NCBI GenBank assembly: GCA_964347095.1
Contig: CAYFXD010000144.1
Location: 1-50,725 of the forward strand
Origin: an uncultured Actinomycetota bacterium
GTDB taxonomy: Bacteria > Actinomycetota > Aquicultoria > Subteraquimicrobiales > CAYFXD01
DNA length: 50,725 nt
Direction of reading: 5' to 3'
Below are positions 9,252-18,062 of the stretch, piece after piece. Position 1 is the stretch's first letter. Every line of letters starts with the position of its first letter. The translations under genes were made by a program, and so were the position numbers. The notes below the pieces were generated by a model. The model searched no databases, had not been told where the DNA came from, and worked only from the letters and a program-made list of their open reading frames with translations.

Positions 9252-9875
9252 GTGCCACCGCTGCGAGTCAACAAAGAAGACAGACAAAGAGAGATACTGG
9301 AAGCAGCATTGTCGGTCTTTTCAAAGAAGGGATTTCATGACGCCGCGGTCCAAGAGATAGCCAATGAAGCTGGAATCGCCAAAGGGACGATCTATGAGTA
9401 CTTCAAAAGCAAAGATGACCTGTTTTTGTCCCTTTTGGATTATGTCTTTGCTGAATTCTTTGAGGAATTTGCCTATCCGAAAGAGATAGACGATCCCATA
9501 AAACTCTTGGAAGAGGTCTTTTTAGAGGGCCTAAAGGTTTACCAGAATCAGGAACAGCTTCTAAAATTCTTCATCTTCTACTGGGGAAAGAGTCTGGGGT
9601 CAACGAAGGATCATATTATTCAGATAAAACTGAGAAGAAGCTTCAGACTCAATCGTGCATTTATTGAAAGGGCGTACTTGAAGGGTGTGGAGCAAAAAAA
9701 GTTCAAGGATCTTAATCCTACACATGTCAGTGCAACATTGATGGCGATTGCGGAATTTCTGCCCATGCAATGGGTGCTGGACAAAAAGGTCTTCTCATTA
9801 AGAGAAGCAGGAAAGACTGCGTTTGATATTTGGCTCGCGGGGCTACTGCAGGATAAGAATAAGCGGCCTGCCTAA
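9252..9875 (+). CDS. TetR/AcrR family transcriptional regulator
   Basis: N-terminal HTH REILEAALSVFSKKGFHDAAVQEIANEAGIAKGTIYEYFKSKDDLF. GTG 9252 has AAGGAG 9 nt upstream; the ORF is open from 9210. Confidence 0.85.
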   Translation: MPPLRVNKEDRQREILEAALSVFSKKGFHDAAVQEIANEAGIAKGTIYEYFKSKDDLFLSLLDYVFAEFFEEFAYPKEIDDPIKLLEEVFLEGLKVYQNQEQLLKFFIFYWGKSLGSTKDHIIQIKLRRSFRLNRAFIERAYLKGVEQKKFKDLNPTHVSATLMAIAEFLPMQWVLDKKVFSLREAGKTAFDIWLAGLLQDKNKRPA

Positions 9876-9916
9876 AGAAGCGCTGTGTGCTATGGGAGGG
9901 AGAGGAGGCGGAAAGA

Positions 9917-10816
9917 ATGAACAATGTAATTCGCACAGAGGGATTAACCAAGTACTATGGTAAAACCCTTGGCGTGGGTGATCTAGATTTGGAGGTCGAG
10001 AGAGGCGAAGTATTCGGTTATCTCGGGCCAAATGGCGCAGGTAAGACCACCACGATCCGGACTTTGTTAGATTTCATTCGTCCCACCAAAGGAAAAGCCA
10101 CCATCTTCGGTTTGGATACGCACAAAGACAGCGTGAAGATTAGGCGACGGATCGGCTATGTGCCGGGCGAGTTAGAGCTTTATAAGAAACTCAAGGGCTC
10201 TGAATTACTATTGCATTTTGCCAGTTTGCGCGGGGGTGTGGACTGGAAGCATGTCGAAAAGTTAGCGCAGCGGCTGGATTTTGACATGTCCAAACCTGTC
10301 CGTTCCTTGTCATCGGGCAACAAACACAAACTTGGTCTTGTCCAGGCGTTTATGCACAGGCCGGACCTGCTAATACTTGACGAACCCACAGCCGGTCTTG
10401 ACCCTCTTATGCAACAAGAGTTCTACCGAATGATACGGGAAGTAAAGGATGCAGAGCAGACTGTGTTCCTCTCCTCTCACATCCTGCCGGAAGTCGAGCA
10501 TATCTGTGACCGGGTGGGATTTATCAGAAACGGCACGCTGATTGAGATTGAAGATGTCGCCGATCTTAAGGCACACGCCTTCCGTCAGATCGAGATCCAT
10601 TTCGCCGAACCTGTTCCCAAAGAAGAATTTGAGAATCTTTCCGGCGTTCAGAATGTAATAGTGGAAGACAGCATACTGCGGTGTAAGGCTGCAGGCTCAC
10701 TGGACGCAGTGATTAAAGCCGCTGCCAAGCACGAAGTTGTCAATGTGATAAGCCATGAGCCGAATCTGGAAGATATCTTTCTTGCCTACTACGGAGGTCA
10801 TAACAATGCTGCGTAA
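9917..10816 (+). CDS. ABC transporter ATP-binding protein (ABC-2 subfamily)
   Basis: Walker A GPNGAGKTTT, signature LSSGNKHKLGLVQAF, Walker B LILDEPTAGLD, H-loop LSSH. GAGGAGG lies 8 nt upstream of ATG 9917. Confidence 0.9.
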   Translation: MNNVIRTEGLTKYYGKTLGVGDLDLEVERGEVFGYLGPNGAGKTTTIRTLLDFIRPTKGKATIFGLDTHKDSVKIRRRIGYVPGELELYKKLKGSELLLHFASLRGGVDWKHVEKLAQRLDFDMSKPVRSLSSGNKHKLGLVQAFMHRPDLLILDEPTAGLDPLMQQEFYRMIREVKDAEQTVFLSSHILPEVEHICDRVGFIRNGTLIEIEDVADLKAHAFRQIEIHFAEPVPKEEFENLSGVQNVIVEDSILRCKAAGSLDAVIKAAAKHEVVNVISHEPNLEDIFLAYYGGHNNAA

Positions 10817-11612
10817 CATATTCTTGAAGGAGCTTCGGGACCGTCGTGTATCACTTTTTTGGTGGGCAGTATCAATCTTCTTATTGGTTTTGATGATTGG
10901 ATCGGTTTGGCCAAGCGTCCAAAAATCGGCCACGGGTCTTGAGAGCTATCTCGAGAATCTGCCGGAGGCTTTTAAGGCGGCATTTATGGTTGAATCGGGA
11001 GTAGATATTACCTCTGCAAAAGGCTTTCTGAATGCTGAGCTGTTCTCCTTGATGATACCGATCATGTTTGTGGTTTTTGCAATTGGCTTTGGCAGCAGCG
11101 CGATCGCCGGAGAAGAAGAAACAGGTACGCTTGATCTTTTACTTGCCAATCCACTTCCTCGTGGGCGCGTGCTGCTGGAAAAATTTGCGGCACTGGTAAT
11201 TGGCATGGCCTTGCTTGGCTTTGTGCTATGGCTGTCATTGGTTATCATAGTTGCGATATTCGATATGGATGTAGCTGCAGGGTCTCTGGCTGCAGCGACC
11301 ACCAGCAGCTCGCTTTTGGGTTTGACCTTTGGCATGTTTGCTCTGGCATTGGGATCTGCAACAGGCAGAAAAGGCTTGGCCATTGGAGTTGCCATTGCTC
11401 TTACTGCGGGTTCATATCTCCTAAATATATTGGCAAAGAGTGCAGAGTTCCTTAAGGACTACGACAAGCTGTCGCTCTTCTACTATTTGATCACCGCTGA
11501 TCCTATGAGTAATGGATTGTACTGGGGCGATATACTGGTCTTCCTCGGAGTCACTGCGGTTCTTCTTGCAATAGCTCTGCTTGGATTTCAACGCCGCGAC
11601 CTGGCTGTTTAG
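10806..11612 (+). CDS. ABC-2 type transporter permease
   Basis: About six hydrophobic helices. It starts MLRNIFLKELRDRR, typical of ABC-2 permeases, and overlaps the ATPase stop by 11 nt. Confidence 0.8.
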   Translation: MLRNIFLKELRDRRVSLFWWAVSIFLLVLMIGSVWPSVQKSATGLESYLENLPEAFKAAFMVESGVDITSAKGFLNAELFSLMIPIMFVVFAIGFGSSAIAGEEETGTLDLLLANPLPRGRVLLEKFAALVIGMALLGFVLWLSLVIIVAIFDMDVAAGSLAAATTSSSLLGLTFGMFALALGSATGRKGLAIGVAIALTAGSYLLNILAKSAEFLKDYDKLSLFYYLITADPMSNGLYWGDILVFLGVTAVLLAIALLGFQRRDLAV

Positions 11613-11878
11613 TTTGCGCGGTCAGATCTCCTCGTCTATATTTACCTGCAGTGAGCGATTCCTATCTCAAATCTTGCACGGTTGCCGCTTTTGAAAAACC
11701 GGGATTTCAACCTATTGAGGGATGATTTCCACTGAGAACAGCATTTTCTGGAATAACGACAGATGCCTAGGTAGAAACATAAAAAAAGCATGTAAGTAGG
11801 TGAACGCCAATCAAAAAATTCCAATAAGAAGCTAAAGCCGCAGGTGAATAGGTGCGAGGAGGTCTGACCCGTTTACGT

Positions 11879-13048
11879 TTACAATATCGCTTTTGCACCG
11901 GGGATTCTTCTGACAACGTATTGGCTGGTTAGGAAACACAGGCTGACTCCGGAGACAGAGACAAAAACAAACTTTAGAAGGGGATGCAGCGCTGCATTGC
12001 GCAACGAGTAAGTGAAGAAAACGATAACCGGAGCATGAATAACATAGACAGCGTAGGCGTTATTCGCCATTGTCTTGGCCAGGTGTCCTTGATGGTCAAA
12101 GCGGCGGCGGAAGATAACGAACAGCCCAGCTATGATTCCCGTCCCGACAAAAGCCTCCCAGGTGCAAAGAATCATTGACTGCCAGTGAACCCCGCCTCGG
12201 AACGGAGCAATGTTATCCAATGCTCCTCCAAAGACGACGATCACGGGAAATAGCATGACTGTTGCTATTGCCACCCAAAGCCAAGTTCTGCCTACCGAAT
12301 CAGAAAAATTCTCAAACCATCTGTTGCGATGAGCAGCAATCCCAACAATGAACAAGCTTATGTATCCGGGGAAGTAGCTAAACTGTAGGTTGGAGAAGCT
12401 TGTTCCAAGGGGAAACCACATTCTCACCAAGAAATTGGCTAGAGACAAGGCAATTGCGAAGATCAGAATCTTCCCGTGCCCCAACGCATGTGCATCCTGC
12501 CTGGGCGTATCAGATGGGCGCCCACTTATGCGCCGCCAGATTGCATAGCAAAAGGCAAAGGTAAACAACAGCTGGACGAACCATAGAGGTCCTGAACCAA
12601 ACATCGACGCAATGTCCAAATCTCTTGCCATGAATCGAACGTAGAGGGTGTAGGTCAGAATGGGACTGACCACGAAGAAATAGACAAAGAATGGGATCCC
12701 CAGACGCAAAAGACGGTCCTTGATGAAGCTTGCAGCTCCCTTTCGATCGTATGAATGGGGCGTGAAGTATCCGGAGATCATGAAGAAGAACCCCAATACG
12801 AATGATTGAACAATCGCGTTGAACAACGTCAATATGACCCCGGTGGCGATATCATTCGTGTTTTCAGAGTAGTACCAGGAACCCTCTGCGCCATAGGTTA
12901 TAGCGATGTGCAGCATCACGATCAAGATGATCAGTAGGAGCCTCAGATTGTTGACGTACAGCAGCTGCGTTCGTCTTTGGCCATCATCTTTTTGAAACTC
13001 GGCCGAGTGCGGAGCAGACGCCTTGTTGTTAGGCTGATCTGGCTTCAT
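11879..13048 (-). CDS. membrane acyltransferase, Acyl_transf_3 family (OafA/OatA-like core)
   Basis: About ten TM helices. The N-terminal motif VNNLRLLLIILIVMLHIAITYG is typical of family-3 acyltransferases. It overlaps the 3' end of the upstream ABC ATPase gene by 20 nt. Confidence 0.8.
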   Translation of the reverse strand: MKPDQPNNKASAPHSAEFQKDDGQRRTQLLYVNNLRLLLIILIVMLHIAITYGAEGSWYYSENTNDIATGVILTLFNAIVQSFVLGFFFMISGYFTPHSYDRKGAASFIKDRLLRLGIPFFVYFFVVSPILTYTLYVRFMARDLDIASMFGSGPLWFVQLLFTFAFCYAIWRRISGRPSDTPRQDAHALGHGKILIFAIALSLANFLVRMWFPLGTSFSNLQFSYFPGYISLFIVGIAAHRNRWFENFSDSVGRTWLWVAIATVMLFPVIVVFGGALDNIAPFRGGVHWQSMILCTWEAFVGTGIIAGLFVIFRRRFDHQGHLAKTMANNAYAVYVIHAPVIVFFTYSLRNAALHPLLKFVFVSVSGVSLCFLTSQYVVRRIPGAKAIL

Positions 13049-13778
13049 CTTCCACCACACCGTCGCGGACGTAGATTATCCGATCGCAGGCTGCCGCAAC
13101 TTCCGGGTCATGTGTGACCAGTACGAAGGTTGTTCCGGTTAATTTATTAATTTCTTTCATTGTCTGTACTATTTCATTTGAGGTCACTGTGTCCAAATCG
13201 CCGGTTGGCTCATCGCCCAAGATGACTTTTGGATTGTTGACCAGGGCACGGGCAATGGCCACACGTTGTTGTTGTCCTCCGGAGAGCTCGCTGGGAAGAT
13301 GGTTCATCCTGTTGGCCAAACCGACTTGCTCAAGTGCTTTCTCGGCTGCACGCCGCGCTTCACCTCTGGAAGCACCAGCATATTCTGCTGCCAGGGAGAC
13401 ATTGTCTAGGGCTGCAAGAGTGGGGATCAGATTGAAACCCTGGAAGATAAAGCCCACTTCACGACTGCGCAGGCGGGCCAGTGCCTTGCTTCCTAGTTCA
13501 TCGACACGCTGGCTGGATAGCCACGCTTCTCCTTTGTCTGGTTTGTCCAGCGCTCCCATGATATGCATGAGGGTAGATTTTCCCGACCCTGATGGGCCCA
13601 TAATAGCTAGGAATTCTCCTTTGCCAATTTCCAATGAAGCGCCGCGCAGGGCGTGGACGAAATTATCCTTTCCGAGTCTGTATCTTTTATGAAGATTCTT
13701 TGCCTCCAGTATGTTTTCCATCTTCTCCGTGCTCCTTTTTGTTTGAACTGCTTCTGATCTATTCTTTTGCCTATTCAT
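13029..13778 (-). CDS. ABC transporter ATP-binding protein (MacB/LolD-like)
   Basis: Walker A GPSGSGKST, signature LSGGQQQRVAIARAL, Walker B ILGDEPTGDLD, H-loop VTHD. ATG 13778 overlaps the permease stop (ATGAATAG). Confidence 0.9.
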   Translation of the reverse strand: MNRQKNRSEAVQTKRSTEKMENILEAKNLHKRYRLGKDNFVHALRGASLEIGKGEFLAIMGPSGSGKSTLMHIMGALDKPDKGEAWLSSQRVDELGSKALARLRSREVGFIFQGFNLIPTLAALDNVSLAAEYAGASRGEARRAAEKALEQVGLANRMNHLPSELSGGQQQRVAIARALVNNPKVILGDEPTGDLDTVTSNEIVQTMKEINKLTGTTFVLVTHDPEVAAACDRIIYVRDGVVEDEARSA

Positions 13779-14934
13779 AACGCAACGCCTCCACTGGATT
13801 GAGGCGTGCTGCATGCCATGCTGGATATAGCCCGCTTATTACACCAACGCACAGGGCGAACAGTACTGAACCAATTGCCAGCCTGGCAGTTACAAGAAAG
13901 AGTGCTGTTCCTGCCTGATTGCCTGCGGCGTTTGCGGCAGCAGCAAAGCCCCAGCCAAGCATTAGACCAATCAATCCCCCAATTAGCCCTATGACTCCTG
14001 ATTCAATTAGAAACTGGCGGATAATATTGCCGTCGGTAGCTCCGATAGCTTTGCGGATGCCTATCTCCCTGGTTCTCTCGGCAACTGACATGGTCATGGT
14101 ATTGATAACCGAGAGTCCACCGACCAAAAGTGATATTAGTGCAATGCCAAAGATGATAGAGGTAAATATGCTGATGGAGTTGGTGACCTGTTCCTCAAAT
14201 GCTTTAGGACCGGTTGCAGTTGTGTTGCTAACTTCCTTTTCGATGCCTTGTGCCACCTTGTCTGGATCATAGCCCTTTTTGATGTAGACCGTGAGCGATG
14301 TGGCAAGCTTGTCAGGATCGACTTGAGCTCTGACTACTGGAGGTAGAGTTTTATGGTACAGAAGCTGTGCATCATAGAGAGACATTGCCACGGTGTTGTC
14401 GGGCGTTGTTAACGTCTTTTCTATGATGCCAATTACCTGAAATTCCTTTTTTCTGATTGTGACATCCTCGCCAACCTGTGCGTCTAGTTTTTCTACGAGG
14501 TCAGTGCCGACAACTACCTTACCTCGGTCCTCGGCTTTGAGATCCCGACCTTCAGCCATGGTCAATTTGAATGTTTCGAGACTCTGTCCCCTGAGATCCG
14601 AGCCTGATATTGCGGCTGGTGGTCCCATGTTTACCGCCCCGATCTCCTCGTCAAGGGTCATTCCCACGCTTGCTGACGCTTTGGCAACACCTTCTACGGC
14701 TTCAATATCCTTAATCCGGTTAACAGACATCGGACTGGACGTGAATCCTGCTATAGACTGTCCTTCCGTTACAGTTACCTTGTCGCTGTAGTACTTAGTA
14801 CCTCCCTCAACCAGTATGGTCATCTTCTCGGCCATAGCACCCATGGCAACCAGAGCGAATACACCGACGGTGATGCCAAAGATAGTCAAGAATGCCCGTA
14901 ACTTGCGTTTGAAGATGTTTCTTATAAGTCGCAT
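13771..14934 (-). CDS. ABC transporter permease, FtsX/MacB type
   Basis: N-terminal TM helix (FLTIFGITVGVFALVAMGAMA), a ~230-aa loop, and a C-terminal FtsX block ERTREIGIRKAIGATDGNIIRQFLIESGVIGLIGG. Confidence 0.85.
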   Translation of the reverse strand: MRLIRNIFKRKLRAFLTIFGITVGVFALVAMGAMAEKMTILVEGGTKYYSDKVTVTEGQSIAGFTSSPMSVNRIKDIEAVEGVAKASASVGMTLDEEIGAVNMGPPAAISGSDLRGQSLETFKLTMAEGRDLKAEDRGKVVVGTDLVEKLDAQVGEDVTIRKKEFQVIGIIEKTLTTPDNTVAMSLYDAQLLYHKTLPPVVRAQVDPDKLATSLTVYIKKGYDPDKVAQGIEKEVSNTTATGPKAFEEQVTNSISIFTSIIFGIALISLLVGGLSVINTMTMSVAERTREIGIRKAIGATDGNIIRQFLIESGVIGLIGGLIGLMLGWGFAAAANAAGNQAGTALFLVTARLAIGSVLFALCVGVISGLYPAWHAARLNPVEALRYE

Positions 14935-15171
14935 TACTACATCACTCCCAGAGTCTTTGTGAATCCAGCTAGCTGTTCTTTGTTTTTTTGATGTATGTAT
15001 CCTCGTGTATGTTAATACTGAGTTGATATTGAAGAGGCTACATCGGAAAAGATGAATTATTTTGTCTCAAGCTGCCCACCTATGGATTATAACAGAGGCG
15101 GTGCTGAGGCGTTGCTCAACTGTAAGCGTCGTATTAAACGTTCTCACTTACCAGTCACTTCCTCGCTCTCT

Positions 15172-15342
15172 CTAGGCAATCGCCCGCCCGTATGCCCAGT
15201 AGGCAGCTACAAATAAGGCAATTCCTACAATTATTGATACTGCAGTTCCCATGAAGCCTTTTTCGGCCGCACCTGCGACTCCACCCAATATGGCTGCGAC
15301 TCCTCAGACAGCCAAAACTCCGCAAAGAATCCAAAACCACAT
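15172..15342 (-). pseudogene. 57-codon two-helix membrane mini-ORF (56 sense positions plus terminator) interrupted by an in-frame TGA at codon 13
   Basis: AAAGGAGGG lies 7 nt upstream of ATG 15342. It reads MWFWILCGVLAV*GVAAILGGVAGAAEKGFMGTAVSIIVGIALFVAAYWAYGRAIA. The internal TGA is at 15304-15306 and the terminal TAG at 15172-15174. The ATG overlaps the TAA of the upstream receiver gene (TAATG). Confidence 0.4.
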
Positions 15343-15758
15343 TAGACTTCCCTCCTTTCAAGATCACAATGCGCTCTTCTGCCATTTCTCAATTTCTTCA
15401 AAAGCTGAAGCAGTTCGTCCGGTGGGTTGCGTTTGCTTATAAACACATCTGCTCCCGCAACAAGCGCCTCGTTGCGCACGTCTGGTCTGCTGCCTAGCGC
15501 GATTACTTTGACGTTGGGGGTGGATTCGTAACGCTGCAATAGCGCCATTCTCTGGTTCTCTCAGCGAAGCTAGCTTTTCCAGGCCCTGGAGCCCCCAGTC
15601 AAGCAGAACGAAATCTGGCTGGGTTGCCTATACGCTCACCACAAGCTCGGTTACATCTGCCACTTCGGCCACAACGTTCAGTCTTTCTTCCTGCTCTATG
15701 AGTAGACATAGCGCTGAGAGGATCTCTGATTTGTTATCAGCTAACAGAATTTGCATTT
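15342..15758 (-). pseudogene. stand-alone response-regulator receiver gene disrupted by an amber codon and a frameshift
   Basis: MQILLADNKSEILSALCLLIEQEERLNVVAEVADVTELVVSV-TAG(15628-15630)-ATQPDFVLLDWGLQGLEKL... The frame then changes near 15548-15560 to ...ALLQRYESTPNVKVIALGSRPDVRNEALVAGADVFISK. The acceptor Asp (LLDW) and the conserved K are recognisable. Confidence 0.65.
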
Positions 15759-15945
15759 TCTGCCTCTTCCTTTTGGCTAGAATCATTGAGGTCTGAACAT
15801 AGACTAACAATAGTCTTCGCAATTTGCTTCAGGCATACGGACAGTCTTTTACCTAGCCACTTGGGTAGTTTTATGGAGTCAAGATCCACCAGCCTGTGAT
15901 AGAATTGTTGTTGTACTTATTTGGGAGGTAATTAGTGAGTGCAGC

Positions 15946-16405
15946 ATGCCTAAGATGGACGGGCCGACAGCGATCTAAATCATCCGCGAACGCTGCCTGG
16001 CTACACAGTTTATTGCACTGACCAGCTTCCAGGAGGAAGATTCTGGTGCAAGGAGCTCTTCAAGCAGGAGCAATTAGCTGTCTGTCAAAGAATGTCTCCG
16101 CCAACGAACTGGCTGAAGCAGTACGAGCTGCTCATGCGGGCCGCTCGACTCTGGCGCCGGAAGCAACAGAGGTTTTGGGGAAGACAACCGGCAAAGGACC
16201 TCGACCTGGCCATGACCTGACGGCTCGCGAGCACGAGGTATTCGGTTTGATGCTCAAAGGGCCGAGTAATCCCGAAATCGCCAAGAAGCTGTTCGTCAGT
16301 CCTTCGAAGATAAAATTCCACGTGAGTAGCATCCTTAGTAAGTTGCAGGTTACGACCCGAACGGAAGCCGTTGCCCTGGCTATTCAGCATAAACTGGTCG
16401 ACTAG
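15946..16405 (+). pseudogene. NarL/FixJ-type response regulator remnant (5'-truncated, TAA and frameshift) with intact LuxR-type HTH
   Basis: MPKMDGPTAI-TAA(15976-15978)-IIRERCLATQFIALTSFQEED, then a frame change near 16040-16046 to VQGALQAGAISCLSKN... followed by LTAREHEVFGLMLKGPSNPEIAKKLFVSPSKIKFHVSSILSKL. No beta1-alpha2 part and no acceptor Asp are found upstream. Confidence 0.7.
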
Positions 16406-16674
16406 GACTTGGAGACCGAAGTGCAAAATGCGGAGCGAAGAATTCAAAGAAACAGCGCAAAATGCATGATGATCGTCTCTCTGCCCCGGTATTCTGTGGT
16501 TTCATGGTTCGGGCTTTGCGCTGTTGTTTGGCCTTTGTGTTTTGAACTTTGAGCCTTTGTCCCGACCGTGAACAGGTTTTCAAGCGTACACTGCGTGGCC
16601 GGTTGCAAAACAGGCGCAGTCGAGGATAATAGCAACTAGTGCGACGCTCTTGCAGAAATCATTTGGAGGGTTCT

Positions 16675-17544
16675 ATGAAGAGCATTAGATCGATCGGCAC
16701 AGGTACCCAGGTTTGCGCGATTATAGGCAACCCGGTCTCACACAGTCTGTCACCGGCAATTCATAATGCAGCTTTCAAGGCAAAGGACTTGGATTTTGTC
16801 TACGTCGCCTTCCGGGTTGAAGATGTTAAGAATGCGCTTGCTGGTATGCGGGCTTTGCATAATTTTCGAGGAATGAGTGTGACTATTCCACACAAAACGC
16901 AAGCGATCAGATACGTCGATGAGGTGAGCGAAGCAGACCGCGCCATCGGTTCAATAAATACAGTCATCAAAGAAGAAGATAAACTGAGGGGTCTAAGCAC
17001 TGATGGACCAGGCGCGTTGAAAGCCATTAGAGACGCCGGCGTGGAAGTACGCGGCAAGAGGCTATTGATACTCGGCTCAGGCGGTGCGGCCCGAGCCATT
17101 GCCTTCACTTTTGCGCTCCAGGCTAGCGTGACGGAGCTGCAAATTCTGGATATCGATCAGCGCATGCTGAACAAGCTGGTGGCAGATCTAAGGACAAATA
17201 CGGATGTCACGGTCAGATCAGCTTTGCTCAATGACAGCGCTCTGGAGGCGGCAATGAAGCAAGCTGACATTATCATTCATTGTACGCCGGTCGGAATGTA
17301 TCCGGATGATGATGCATCGCTGGTTCCCGCTGAATTCTTCCAACCTCACCAAGTCGTTTTTGATATCGTATACACACCGTTCGAAACCAGACTCATTGGC
17401 GCAGCCAAAGCCCGCGGCATCAAAGCAATTCATGGAGTAGATATGTTCATTAACCAGGCGGTCTTGCAGTTCGAACATTTTACTGGTGTCGAGGCGCCGG
17501 CAGCCGTCATGCGGCGTGTGGTAATGGAGAATCTGGGCACATGA
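16675..17544 (+). CDS. aroE: shikimate 5-dehydrogenase
   Basis: IIGNPVSHSLSPAIHNAAF, GMSVTIPHK, INTV, TDGPG, LGSGGAARAI. GGAGGG lies 4 nt upstream of ATG 16675. Confidence 0.9.
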   Translation: MKSIRSIGTGTQVCAIIGNPVSHSLSPAIHNAAFKAKDLDFVYVAFRVEDVKNALAGMRALHNFRGMSVTIPHKTQAIRYVDEVSEADRAIGSINTVIKEEDKLRGLSTDGPGALKAIRDAGVEVRGKRLLILGSGGAARAIAFTFALQASVTELQILDIDQRMLNKLVADLRTNTDVTVRSALLNDSALEAAMKQADIIIHCTPVGMYPDDDASLVPAEFFQPHQVVFDIVYTPFETRLIGAAKARGIKAIHGVDMFINQAVLQFEHFTGVEAPAAVMRRVVMENLGT

Positions 17545-18062
17545 ACATCGTACTGATCGGCTATCGTGGGACTGGAAAAACTGAAGTTGGAGAGCTTATT
17601 GCGAAGGAATTGGGGATGCAGTATATCGGTATGGACGCAAGGATTGTCGAGAAAGTCCATATGTCTATTCCTGAGATCGTCGATAAATATGGTTGGCCAC
17701 GATTTCGTGATCTGGAGTCGGATGTGGCCACGGAATTGGCCGAGCTTGACAACGTGGTCATAGACACCGGCGGTGGCGTCATCGAGCGCCGCAAGAATGT
17801 CGAAGCGCTCCGGCAAAATTCAGTGGTAGTCTGGCTAAAGGCTTCTGTGGATACTATCGTAGCTCGAATCAAGGAAGATACCGAGCGACCCTCATTGACA
17901 GCCGCAAAATCGTTTACTGATGAGGTGGCTGAAGTATTGGAGCAACGGATTCCCAAATATGAGAGCGCTACGGAATATGAGATCGATACTGACGAACTGA
18001 CCCTCAAACAAGTTGCGGACAAGATTGTTGAGATATATGAAGAAAGAATGGAGTGCGGTTAG
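17541..18062 (+). CDS. aroK: shikimate kinase
   Basis: P-loop MNIVLIGYRGTGKTEVG, then DTGGGVI. The start overlaps the aroE stop (ATGA). Confidence 0.9.
   Translation: MNIVLIGYRGTGKTEVGELIAKELGMQYIGMDARIVEKVHMSIPEIVDKYGWPRFRDLESDVATELAELDNVVIDTGGGVIERRKNVEALRQNSVVVWLKASVDTIVARIKEDTERPSLTAAKSFTDEVAEVLEQRIPKYESATEYEIDTDELTLKQVADKIVEIYEERMECG

Noticed and set aside
13114-13692. A 192-aa plus-strand ORF. Similar long antisense ORFs occur at 10946-11395, 17561-18022, 22714-23337, 33362-33862 and 25958-26434.
   Set aside because: All lie inside genes with strong domain evidence on the opposite strand and have Ser/Pro/Arg-rich shadow composition.
15304-15306. Genome-wide TGA reassignment (genetic code 4 or 25) as an explanation for the in-frame TGA.
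   Set aside because: TGA terminates several well-supported genes at the expected protein length here, for example the ABC ATPase at 1985-1987, the LCP gene at 4505-4507 and the NuoE/NuoF-like genes. Standard code 11 fits.
15155-15385. A 76-aa Cys/Arg-rich minus-strand ORF from the ORF track.
   Set aside because: It reads through the SD and start of the better-supported membrane mini-ORF in another frame, and its composition is atypical for a real protein.
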